From Octopus vulgaris (Eukaryota), in assembly GCA_951406725.2 (NCBI GenBank), contig OX597814.1:224254001-224318000 (forward strand): DNA of 64,000 nt, written 5' to 3'. The notes under the pieces are model-generated. The model was not told the origin of the DNA. It searched no databases and was given only the letters and a program-made list of their open reading frames with translations. Each line of letters begins with the position of its first letter. Position 1 is the first letter of the stretch. This document shows positions 52,901-64,000 of the stretch, in pieces. The position numbers and the translations under genes are program-made.

Positions 52901-53122
52901 GATGCGCTATAATCCGTTAGCAGTCAGCCACTACTTAACTTTCATTAATGCATTCTTTTTGAGAAGGTTACACCGATATCAAAGAGTGAAAGATCTTCGC
53001 CATAGTGGACGACACTCCCTCACATTCGTGTCTGCGACCTTTATTAATATCAAATACCTTGTCTTGCCCTACAGCTGGATTCCACCGATAGAGAAAAAGT
53101 TTATTGAGGTGTCGTGGACAAC

Positions 53123-53176
<54 letters not shown>

Positions 53177-53854
53177 ATATATATGTATTTATGTATGTCT
53201 GTATATATTCTCTTCTATCTTTTCTCTTTTCAAAGAAAATTTTACTCTCCAGGTTTGTCTTCGTTCGGTTTCCTTGCTTGTCTCCACTGTCCTCTTTTCG
53301 TTTCCAACTTTGACCCTCCATAAGTCCAAAATTTTATTTGATATTTATTAGAGCAACTGTCTTCGAAGACTCATATTCTTGTTCATTGCTCGAAATGAGG
53401 AGTAGATAGACAGCCGGCAACTGACGAAGGGTCGTTCTTTATGCTAATTGTCCTGTTTTCTGTTTGTTTCTCTCGTTGTGTGCGTATTGAACTCCAGGGT
53501 GGATGCTACTGTAGCATGCGTGTGTGTTTCGTCACACTTAACTAGGAATTCTCAACCCCGAGCATGAAAGTACTGCAAGGGGTATGCAAGTGAAATTTTA
53601 AGCTGTGCGCGAGGATTGTAAAAACCCTAGGATTTAAAGTAATCACAAGCAACAAACGGAAATCCATGTCCGGATAATGGTGCGGAGAGCATTTTCCTGT
53701 CCCTATCTATTTACCGGTGTGAACGAGGATTTTTTCTCAATGTTTATAATTGAAAGTATATTGGATGCAATTAAGAATAATATTTGGGTGTGTATATATA
53801 ATTGACTGATGCTACTTTGGGTGTCTCCTCGTATGTCTGTATATATGTGTATAT

Positions 53855-54259
53855 ACTCTTTTACTCTTTTGCTTGTTTCAATCATTTGACTGCGGTCATG
53901 CTGGAGCACCGCCTTTAGCCGAGCAAATCGACCCCAGGGCTTATTCTTTGTAAGCCTAGTACTTATTCTATCGGTCCCTTTTGCCGAACCGCTTATGTTA
54001 CGGGGACGTAAACACACCACTATCGGTTGTCAAACAATATTGGGGGCACAAACGCAGGCACACAAACATATACACACACATATAAATACATATATACGAC
54101 GGGCTTCTTTCAGTTTCTGTCTACCAAATCCACTCACAAGGCTTTGGTCGTCCCGAGGCTATAGTAGAAGACACTTGCCCAAGGTGACACGCAGTGGGAA
54201 TGAACCCAGAACCATGTGGTTGGTAAGCAAGCTACTTACCACACACCCACTCATGCGCC
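53855..54259 (-). mobile_element. SINE family B, full length
   Basis: A box, B box GGTTCATTCCC, CCTTGGGCAAGTGTCTT CORE-like block, internal microsatellite, tail. Confidence 0.9.
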
Positions 54260-54649
54260 ATATATACAAGCATGTATATGTATATGTTTGTATATATGGT
54301 GCTCTCAAAACCACGCACCTGACGACGTGCGGCTGCACATTTTCTGCTTGATCATAGTTATTTATATGATATTTATATAACAGTATATGGAAAACTTGGT
54401 CGCTAGCAGCTGTTACCAATGCAGAGAAACGATTGTTGTAATTTCTGATTAAAACCAGTTCACTTCATCTTCTCATTCAAAACAATTTTTATGTAAGAGT
54501 TTCATACTCTAACGGATTTTCACGTGCGTATCCAGTGAATGGAATAATCCTGCTGTATTATGGCATATGGTAGCCGATAACCGCATAGGAGCTTCAAAAT
54601 GCATGTTATGAGGTTATAACCCAGATAATTATTACACACATATACACAC

Positions 54650-54680
<31 letters not shown>

Positions 54681-55146
54681 TGTATGTATGTATGTATGTA
54701 TGTGTGTGCGTGTGTGTGTGTGTGCGTGTATGTGTGTGTATGTATTTATATGCAACCACACAGACCTGCGTACACTCAAGTACAAACACACATGCACACA
54801 TACATACATACATACATACATACATACATACATACCCAGGCGCATAATGTCAGTGGCAGAAAGCTAAAACAATGACATTTTCATGGAAAAACTGTTCTGT
54901 TCATAGCTGTGGGGAGAGTGTGTGAAGAGTGGCTGTGTGGGTGCCTTTTGTATATGCGTTTGAGTGCATGTGTTGGAATATGTATCTATGAGTATGTATG
55001 TATGTATGTCTGTGAGTGAGTATGTGCGTTTGTGTTTGTTCGCTTGTTTGTGTGTGTGTGTGTGTGTGTTTCTGTGTGCATGGCAAGAGAAGTTCTAAAA
55101 AGCGAGAGGGTGAAGAAGTTGACAAAACTATCTGAGAACCGAACGA

Positions 55147-55336
55147 GTGTGTTTCTCCTCATTAGAAGAATAAATGGGTGTGTCGTGGGTGTGTCTTGTT
55201 TTTGTTTTAGGCATTTATTTCTTTATTTCGTATATATGTATATTGCCTGGTTTCACATTACAATATTCAAATACATGTATGTAGACGTTTGCATTCACAC
55301 ACACGCAATTAGACACACGTTTTTTCCACAGACACT
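55147..55336 (-). repeat. Unclassified interspersed repeat; inverted partner of 58870-59058
   Basis: GTGTTTCTCCTCATTAGAAG...GTCGTGGGTGTGTCTTGTTTTTGTTTTAGGCATTTATTTCTT...ATTACAATATTCAAATACATGTATG matches the 58.9-kb copy in reverse. Confidence 0.8.
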
Positions 55337-55359
55337 TTTACACACGTATACTCTCTCTC

Positions 55360-55713
55360 TCTTTTATTCTTTTACTTGTCTCAGTCATGTGACTGCGGCC
55401 ATGCTGGAGCACCACCTTTAATCGAGCAAATCGACCCCGGGACTTATTCTTTGTAAGCCCAGTACTTATTCTATTTGCCGAACCGCTAAGTGACGGGGAC
55501 GTAAACACATCAGCATCGGTTGTCAGGCGATGGCGGGGGAGACAAACACAGACACATAAACATACACACACATATATATATACATATACGACAGGCTTCT
55601 TTCAGTTTCCGTCTACCAAATCCACTCACAAGGCATTGGTCGGCCCGAGGCTATAGCAGAAGACACTTGCCCAAGATGCCACGCAGTGGGACTGAACCCG
55701 GAACCATGTGGTT

Positions 55714-55716
<3 letters not shown>
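55360..55716 (-). mobile_element. SINE family B, head truncated at (TA)n
   Basis: Colinear with the 62864 copy. Confidence 0.88.
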
Positions 55717-55761
<45 letters not shown>

Positions 55762-55763
<2 letters not shown>

Positions 55764-55922
55764 GTATTTTAACGTATATAAGGACCCCCTCCTAATTTTG
55801 GGTGCTTAGAATTTGGAAAACAGGTTTTGTAACGGATTATAATACTATCCATGTATATGAAACTTCCATATTTTTTAAAGCTAATTTTTGACAAAAAGGC
55901 TTACTTATACTCGTTAAATTAC

Positions 55923-55924
<2 letters not shown>
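55762..55924. mobile_element. Short pogo/Tigger-like MITE in (TA)n
   Basis: TA|CCGTATTTTAACG.ATATAAG...CTTATACTCGTTAAATTACGG|TA. Confidence 0.75.
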
Positions 55925-56006
<82 letters not shown>

Positions 56007-56073
56007 TATGTATGTATGTACGTATACATGTATGGATATATAAGTTATATGTAAAATTATAATTTAGATAGGA

Positions 56074-56460
56074 GGCGCAGGAGTGGCTGTGTGGTAAGTA
56101 GCTTGTTTACCAACCACATGGTTCCGGGTTCAGTCCCTCTGCGTGGTACCTTGGGGAAGTGTCTTCTACTATAGCCTCGAGCTGACGAAAGCCTTGTCAG
56201 TGGATTTGGTAGACGGAAACTGAAAGAAGCCCGTCATATATATGTATATGTATATGTGTGTGTATATGTTTGTGTGTCTGTGTTTGTCCTCCAACATCGC
56301 ATGACAACCGATGCTGGTGTGTTCACGTCCCGGTCACCTAGCAGTTCGGCAAAAGAGACCGATGGAATAAGTACTAGGCTTCTAAAAAATAAGTCCTGGG
56401 GGCGATTTGCTCGAATAAAGGCGGTGCCCCAGCATGGCCGCAGTCACATGACTGAAACGA
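56074..56460 (+). mobile_element. SINE family B, full length
   Basis: GGCGCAGGAGTGGCTGTGTGG (A box)...GGTTCAGTCCC (B box)...GCATGGCCGCAGTCACATGACTGAAAC. Confidence 0.9.
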
Positions 56461-56964
56461 ATATGAATATTGAGTTCCTACGTACATTACATCATTGCAG
56501 TTAACTGAACCTCAGCATTGTATATTCCAAGTGAATTTGGACACCTAACAACAAGGGATGATCACGTGGACTTCAGGATCCTAGTTCCCCTGATAGTCCA
56601 AATACACTTGATGAGTTCCGATGAATTGCAATGGTGGAACGTACATAGCAAATAAGTATTTATACTGTTGTTTATATCAATTTACACTATGTCTATGCTC
56701 TATATATCATAACTAGTTGCATTACTTAGCATAATTATCGTCTATCGACTATACTGGAAGTTGATGATATAGCTAGAGCTTTGAGTCACATTGTTGTAGT
56801 CGTACATCAAACTGTATTCACAAGATATGTATGTGTGTGTGTGCGTGTGTGTGCGCGCGCACATGTGTGTGTGTTAGTGTGTGTGCGTGCATGTGTGCGT
56901 GCGTGCGTGTGTGTATGTAGATATGTATGTATGTGTGTGTATACATATACTACTCTCACCTCAC

Positions 56965-57047
<83 letters not shown>

Positions 57048-57071
57048 GTAAATTTATATTATACATACATA

Positions 57072-57638
57072 CACTACCGTCAGAAATTAATTAGCATCCT
57101 TGATTTGCTCACCATGAAGCATGGTGGGGGTGGTTTGATGGTGTGAGGGGCGTTCAGCTACAGTGGTGTTGGGCGGCTCTATGCCGTCGAAGGCAACATC
57201 AACGCAGCAAAGTACGTTGAGATAGTACGGGATACATCTTTGGTGGCGAGGAGTACGTGCTGGCCAGTCACCTGACCTGAACCCTATTGAGAACCTCTGG
57301 AGTCGATTGGGTAGGGATTTGAATGTGCAGCAATACAGGAACCGACACGAGCTGTTTGGGGCACTTCTTGCTGCATGAGGGGCCATCCCTGCACAGTACC
57401 TGCAGGCACTCATAGACAGCATGCCGACCCGCGTAGCAGCTGTCATTGCTGCCAAAGGAGGAGCAACAAGATATTGACTAAATTTCACGATTAATAACAA
57501 TTATGTGGTGTGCTGGGATATGTTTTAATAAATTTTTGATTAAAAACGAGTTCGTTTCTGATAATAAGTTAATTAAATTAAGAAAATGTAAGAAAATGTA
57601 GAAATTTGAGAAGTGCTAATTAATTTCCGACTCAAGTG
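57072..57638 (+). mobile_element. Tc1-like element, internally deleted, both TIRs present
   Basis: TA|CACT...GAAATTAATTAGCA / TGCTAATTAATTTC...AGTG|TA; TMKHGGGGLMV*GAFS, SPDLNPIENLW, LIDSMPTRVAAVIAAKGGATRY*. Confidence 0.88.
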
Positions 57639-57674
57639 TATATATATATCAACACACACACATACATACATACA

Positions 57675-57747
<73 letters not shown>

Positions 57748-58869
57748 AAACACATACATACTTACACACACATACACATATAAACATATTCACACGCACA
57801 TACACGTATACGAATATATATATATATTATATATATATATGTACGTGTACACACATGAATATATTTGTGTATAAGCATATACATATACATACATAATGCA
57901 TATATGTGTATGTGCATGTGTGTGTGTGTGTATGAATATGATTATTTGCACATCAGTCTTATAACAACGAGGTCAAGTATTTTCTTATCAAATACTTTCG
58001 TAGTCCCATTTGTTCCTTTTCGTGGTTGATTATTCCTATAACATTTTATCATTAATCATTGTTCTTGATTACTTTTGATTAAACACAACAGCAGGTGAGC
58101 CGTGAATCGTTTCGATCTTAACATCCAATGCTGGTATAAATTGTACTTGGACGTAGAACGTTGTAGAATACAACTAAATATCTCGGCAAATTGTATTCAG
58201 TCTGTGTCTAAAATATATTCGCTGCCAGCTCCATTCTATCATAGTCCTGCTCATATAACTTGTAGCATTTACTAAAGACTTTAGTCCGCCATACTGACGA
58301 TACTTATCATTCAAAGGTCCTACTCATGACACGTGTCACGTGCAACGCTTTATTTTCAGTCTGTCTGGGGGTTGTTTTAAGGTTGCAAATATCCGTGTAA
58401 TGCTCAACTACTCACACTCCATAATTTGATAAGTACGACCATTGGTCGTATGAGAATACTCATCGTCAAAAGCAGGCGCCATTATCATCGTCATTGTTGT
58501 CGTCAGTAAGGGCTGATGGGGAAACGTCAACAATAATGTTATTATTACATCATCCTCGTTACAATTAGTACAAAGAGCGGTGGTGTTGCTGATGCGACAA
58601 AATGAACTGAACTAAGCATTTTGATAACAATTTCGACGTTCTGAGTTCAAATCTGTCCAAAGTCAAATTTGTCTTTTAGTCTTGCGGGGGTCGATAGTGT
58701 ACCAGTCAGATACAATGGTTAATGTAAATGTAATAAATTCCGTTCAGAATTATTGGCCTTGTGCTCAAATTAGAAAATATCATTATATTTAGTAATATTC
58801 ATTTCTTACGTGGACACTGGAACTCAACTTTTGTGGCGCGGGTTAAATACATAATACGTACATGCGTGT

Positions 58870-59058
58870 CCGAGAGTATCCGCGGAAAAAAGTGTGTGTG
58901 TGTGAATGCAAACGTGTACATACATGTATTTGAATATTGTAATAGGAAACCAGGCAATATATATATATAAGAAATAAATGCCTAAAACAAAAACAAGACA
59001 CACCCACGACACGCCCGTTCAATCTTCTAACTTCAATCTTCTAATGAGGAGAAACACA
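58870..59058 (+). repeat. Unclassified interspersed repeat; partner of 55147-55336
   Basis: See 55147-55336. Confidence 0.8.
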
Positions 59059-59227
59059 CAAGTATATTATTTTAACGAATCCAGGCGATGAAAAATAAAA
59101 TTATCTTCCGTGGTATCTAAACTCATAATGTAACAACCGTAACTAAATGTCGCAAGCTTTTTGTCTTACAATCTGAAGCTTCTGAAAATGTCAACCCTGA
59201 TATATTTTATATTATAATCATTAACAT

Positions 59228-59440
59228 AAGCACAAGGTCTGGGATTTGTGGAATAAAGATAAGTCAACTAAATCGTACCCCAGTACTTGACTAATACTTT
59301 ATTGTATAGATCTTGATAGAGTGAAAGGTAAAGCTGACCTCCGCTGGAATTGACTGCAGATGGTAAAGTGTCGTAACACATATCACTAAGCATTTCTTTT
59401 TTATCGACGTCTAACGATTCTGTTGCTGCATTAGCTTGCA
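59228..59440 (-). mobile_element. Old SINE family A copy
   Basis: Degenerate GTGAAAGGTAAAGCTGACCTC and CTAAGCATTTC...CTAACGATTCTG. Confidence 0.55.
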
Positions 59441-61991
59441 TAATATAATATTGAATGGAACATATTATAGAACGTGGCAGAAAAAAGAAAAGGATGTGTG
59501 ATATCTTGTTGCCTCCCTTTATGCTGGCTTGAACTTTCATCCGCTGGATGTACAACTATCTTAAAAATTGCAGACTTGTGCATATATTAGGAGTCGTTAT
59601 CACAATTTTTAAAAGGAAATTTATACACCAGGAATATGAATGTATACAGGCTTTCTTCTTTGTCTAACTACCAACGTTTCTGTAAACCTCTACTTATTAT
59701 TTTGTATTCACTCTGTGGTCAGAATTGCTATTCTCGTCTTAATTTTGAACTTGCTATTCAGACATACACGCATGCACACATACATATATACATACATAAA
59801 TACGCGCGCGCACACACAGATACACACACATTATCTCTCTCCCCCCTCTCTCACACACACACGCTCTTTCTCCTCCTCTCTCTCATACACACATAATTGG
59901 TGGCATCCATTCTCCATTGTCTTGGATGTCTTAAAAAATGGAGAAAACTTGGTTACCTCATTTGATTTGTGGTTCGAAGAATCCAGACTGAAATAAGGGT
60001 AACATGAGAAGACTAAATATGATCCCCAAAGTTGGACCACAGCAGCTCAAAGCAGAAACAAACAGAGGAGAGCGATTCACTTTTGTTTATTCCATTCGCT
60101 ACTATACATAAGGACAATCATGATGGACGCCCTGTCATAATATTGCGGTTCATGATGATAACAAAGGATTCATTATGATAAAGTATATTTTATTAAGTAA
60201 TTATGTCGACCGCACAGCTAATGAAAAGTCAAAACTGACAAAGGTTGGACTTGAAGGCAGAAAATAGACAAAATAACAAACGGAAACTAATCAGTATTTT
60301 AGTTTTTAATCCAGAGTTTTCTTTATACCACTGTATCGCCCTTAGAAACTATAACGAACATATTCAGCTGAAGTTGAACGTTAGTGCTGATAAGTTCAAA
60401 GATGTCTGCTGATAAAAAAAAGATGATAAAATAAAAATCAAGAAGACAAAAAACTGGAAAAAATAAATGAATAAAAGATAGTCTGATAGGGTGACAGAAA
60501 GAAGGGTTAGGAATAGATAAACAGATAGAGAGGCGAGAAAGAAGGAGGGAGCGAGGGAGTAGAGAAAAAGTATTTATATATATATATATATGTGTTGACG
60601 AGAAGAGAGGAGCAGTAAAAGTATAACGTCCCCTGCAGATGGAATAGAAGTGAGCGTGGGATAAGGACTAGTGTGAGAATATTGGTTGCGTTTAGAGAAA
60701 TGTATTATGATAATACATTGAATTAAGAGTCATACTAATATTACTGAAATGGCATCTTCACATTCACACAAATACATGATAAATGATATTGTACGCATGA
60801 TTTTCAAATACACACACTAACGCAAGCACATATACTCATATCTCACTCTCTCTCACACACACATGTATATATAGGAAATGTGCCCTGTATATGGGAAAAA
60901 AACTTAGTTCAATAAGGACTCCATGCACAATGAACTGATACCATCTGGTTCGCTTCAAAGATCTTTTCAATGGATTAGGTTCTTTATTTACTGAAAAAGA
61001 ATAGCGAAATTATTGCTAGAGACACGGGCTTCCAAATTAGAGAAGAGTAGCTTAAGCAACCACTGCGCGTTACGGAATCCAGCGTAAATGAAAACATTGT
61101 AATGAGAAGCACTCATATTTATTTCCATGTTTTAAAGAGAGATTTGTTAGCTGCATTCCAATAGAATTTTTTCCAAGATATATTTTTTAAAATGCCAGGC
61201 AACACAATCAAGTTTATTAATGAAAATAACTTTATCTTAAACGCATACACATAATACTATATAAGAATAAACCATTTTAAGAGCAAAAGAATATCGTAGT
61301 AATATTGAAGAGGGGCACGTCTTCACCTTGATTGCTCTTTGAAGGGAGGTGGTGCATTAGGAGTTACTCGGAATGAGAGGAGGTCTGTCTTTTGTCATGT
61401 TGTTCATCATCGTCAGCTCTGCTTCAGAGGAGAAAACCGTATCTAAAGTTGCTTGATGTTCACGGCGCATCTGTGAATCGGAGCCCATTATGAAGAAGCT
61501 CACTAAGATCGTTATCAGTAAAGTCTTGCAGACGTTCTTCCAACATTGCTTATATTTTAACTATAAAAACTTGGTATACGCATTTAAAACAACATTAAAT
61601 TAACAGAGCTGTTTATGTATCATACTTAACACCACTCCCCATATAAGTATTCATATATATATATATATAGACGCGGTTGATGTGTGTGATGCTGTGAAAA
61701 TCTCTTCAAAGACATGCTGTGTTAAGAAGACGGGAAATATTTTAGCAAAAGGAACATCATCTCCAGCAGTGAGGGCGTCGGGCGCCTTTCAGTTTCCTTG
61801 GGCTTTGTCAATAACATGTACACGCTAGTCATACGGTTAAACGCAATCTGTCTCCTCCAATATGCAGTAAACCGGGAATAATATATTCACTGACATTGCA
61901 GAAAGATGCCAAGCTGAATAAAACCTTGTCACACGCAATTGAAACAACGTTAAGTTAAAAGAACCGTATACATACCATATTTAACTATATA

Positions 61992-62520
61992 CCAGGTTGA
62001 GTCAAAAGTTTTTTTCGTATTTCAAGCTTTAATTGACTGCTCAAGCAAATTACACACGGAAAGCGTTTATTCTCAAAATATATTCCATCATATTCTATTG
62101 TCTGTTGCCATCATTTTGCCAGAAGCTCGGTTCCACGTTTGTACCATTTCTTTGGATTAGAGGCAAAAGCTCCCTGCATCCGTTTTCAATGTCGTCCACA
62201 TAGTCCGTGGGAGAAATGAGCCATGACTTGGAAACGGTGGTAATCTGATGCTGCAAGGTCTGGACTGTAATAAGGGATAGGCAGCGCTTCCAGCCCCTCA
62301 AGTTCCACAAGTCTGCGCTTGGTCACATGGCAGTGTGTGTTGGGGTATTGTTATGTTGTAAGATTGCACGTCTTGAATTAGCTAATGCCAGAGTAGCGTA
62401 CTGTCCAAACATCGTATACTAGCTGCAATTGTTGAGCATAAAGGTTAGTGTTTACAGCAAGACAATCTGGGACACGCTCAAAGTGCAATACTTCCCTCAA
62501 AATTCAGGCAGACACACAAT
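61992..62520 (-). mobile_element. mariner transposon 3' half, decayed
   Basis: Minus strand ILQHNNTPTH...PYYSPDLAASDYHRFQVMAHF...LAK*WQQTIEYDGIYFE; TIR-like end TTTTGACTCAACCTGG|TA. Confidence 0.8.
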
Positions 62521-62863
62521 ACAACCCTTTGTTCAAGCCGCTTTTGTTTGACAACAGGAATAAACGGAATACTTTAACCTCTCATCTTCAAAACTGAACA
62601 ACATGTATAGCTGAATTCGTAGATTAAATAACTTTTCTTTATTAACTAAATATATGAAAACACATTGGAGTATAAAAAAAGGCATTTCTACATAACAGCT
62701 TTAAAATATGAAAATGAATTACCCAACTTCCTAAAATGTCCCAGAATTAATTATCTATTTCAATGAAACCAGACAATTCTTAAAAACTCACTTTTATGTC
62801 TATCATGTTTAATATATGTTAAAAGTGTATAATTTTTTTGTTATCTTGTTTATAATTTTATAA

Positions 62864-63274
62864 CTCTATTACTCTATTACTCGTTTCAGTCATTTGACTG
62901 CGGCCATGCTGGAGCACCGCCTTTAGTCGAGCAAATTGACCCCGGGACTTATTCTTTGTAAGCCCAGTACTTATTCTATCGGTCTCTTTTGCCGAACCGC
63001 TAAGTTACGGGGACGTAGACACACCAGCAACGGTTGTCAAGCAATGCTAGGGGGACAAACACAGACACACAAACATAGACACACACACACACACATATAT
63101 ATGCATATATACGACAGGCTTCTTTCAGTTTCCGTCTACCAAATCCACTCACAAGGCATTGGTCGACCCGAGGCTATAGCAGAAGACACTTGCCCAAGAT
63201 GCCACGCAGTAGGACTGAACCCAGAACCATGTGGTTGGTAAGCAAGCTACTTACCACACAGCCACTCCTGCGCC
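62864..63274 (-). mobile_element. SINE family B, full length with target-site duplication
   Basis: Complete head to tail; TTTATAATTTTAT lies on both sides. Confidence 0.9.
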
Positions 63275-64000
63275 TTATAAGTTTTATAATTTTATTTTCT
63301 TGTTGAATCCCGTTTATCTGCCCACGACAGCTTCTTTTCAGTTTGACTGCAATCATTTTCTCTACCTCCACCCCCAGAATGGAACAATAGTTTAGCTGAA
63401 GGCATTCAGCAAGCAGTGCAGGTGATAATTCCTGAAATGCTTCAAAATGTTTCGCAACGTTAAGCAAAGATTTGAAATTTGCAAGGATTTTTGATAAAGT
63501 TTTGACGTTAAATTTATAAATCTATTTCTTTTGATATCAAAATTAAGTAATAAGCATAAAATTCTGTCAGTTTTTTTTCTTTAATTCGCCCGATTTCATT
63601 GAAGCAGATAGTCAATTCTGGAAAATCCTGTACAGTAAAAAGAGTAAAGAAAACTGGAAAATGAATATGTGTAGATACTCCTATGTCACCGTGTCATTGT
63701 GTTTTATAACGAGTTTGAAAGAATTTCCCAACTCTGCAAAGTGAAGCATGCGTCAATCAACGAAACATTTTTTTAAATGTCTAACGAGCAGCTAAGTTTC
63801 ATTATGTTGAGAGAAATATGTGATAAAATCTAAACGTGACATCTCATAGTTATCATTCACACATAGTTAGACGTTGATGTCAACTTCTCGATTCTGCTGT
63901 TTATAATTAATTGGTTTTGTTTTCTTTTTATATATAGCACTGTAAAAGAATTTCAAAACGAAGTCTGTTAACACAACTATAACAACAAGAACAACGATGA

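Noticed and set aside
53350-53435. GAGCAA...TTGCTC-GAAA and nearby CTGACGAAG as a hammerhead
   Set aside because: The core halves are incomplete or in the wrong arrangement; at most a heavily decayed relic.
63174-63467. 97-aa minus-strand ORF as a gene
   Set aside because: Its C-terminal third is a SINE head and the rest has no recognisable motif.

Overview
Eukaryotic, AT-rich, very microsatellite- and transposon-rich DNA. The SINE families and a mollusc-type cytochrome b fragment point to an octopus (coleoid cephalopod) nuclear genome; this is an inference from recalled repeat families, not a search. No intact protein-coding gene is supportable. Almost all supplied ORFs are read-throughs of simple repeats or SINEs, including the 639-aa His/Thr ORF, which is a (CAC)n array. 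The window holds two tRNA-derived SINE families (many copies), at least seven decayed Tc1/mariner-superfamily transposase fragments, pogo/Tigger-like MITEs, several non-autonomous Helitrons, relics of R4/Dong-, CR1/L2- and RTE-type LINEs, and five fold-back (long inverted repeat) elements. Items most worth a second look: (i) minimal type-I hammerhead ribozyme motifs of the Penelope-like kind (best at 7738-7792, minus strand); (ii) a decayed HDV-like ribozyme fold at the 5' end of a non-autonomous RTE-derived element sitting in a (CATA)n tract; (iii) a cytochrome b NUMT inside a SINE's internal microsatellite; (iv) a near-perfect 126-bp-arm hairpin about 170 nt downstream of a well-signalled non-coding minus-strand exon candidate; (v) a duplicated and inverted element that seeds a 1.5-kb CAC expansion. 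I found no convincing new protein-based system. Coordinates were read by eye and may be off by a few bases.
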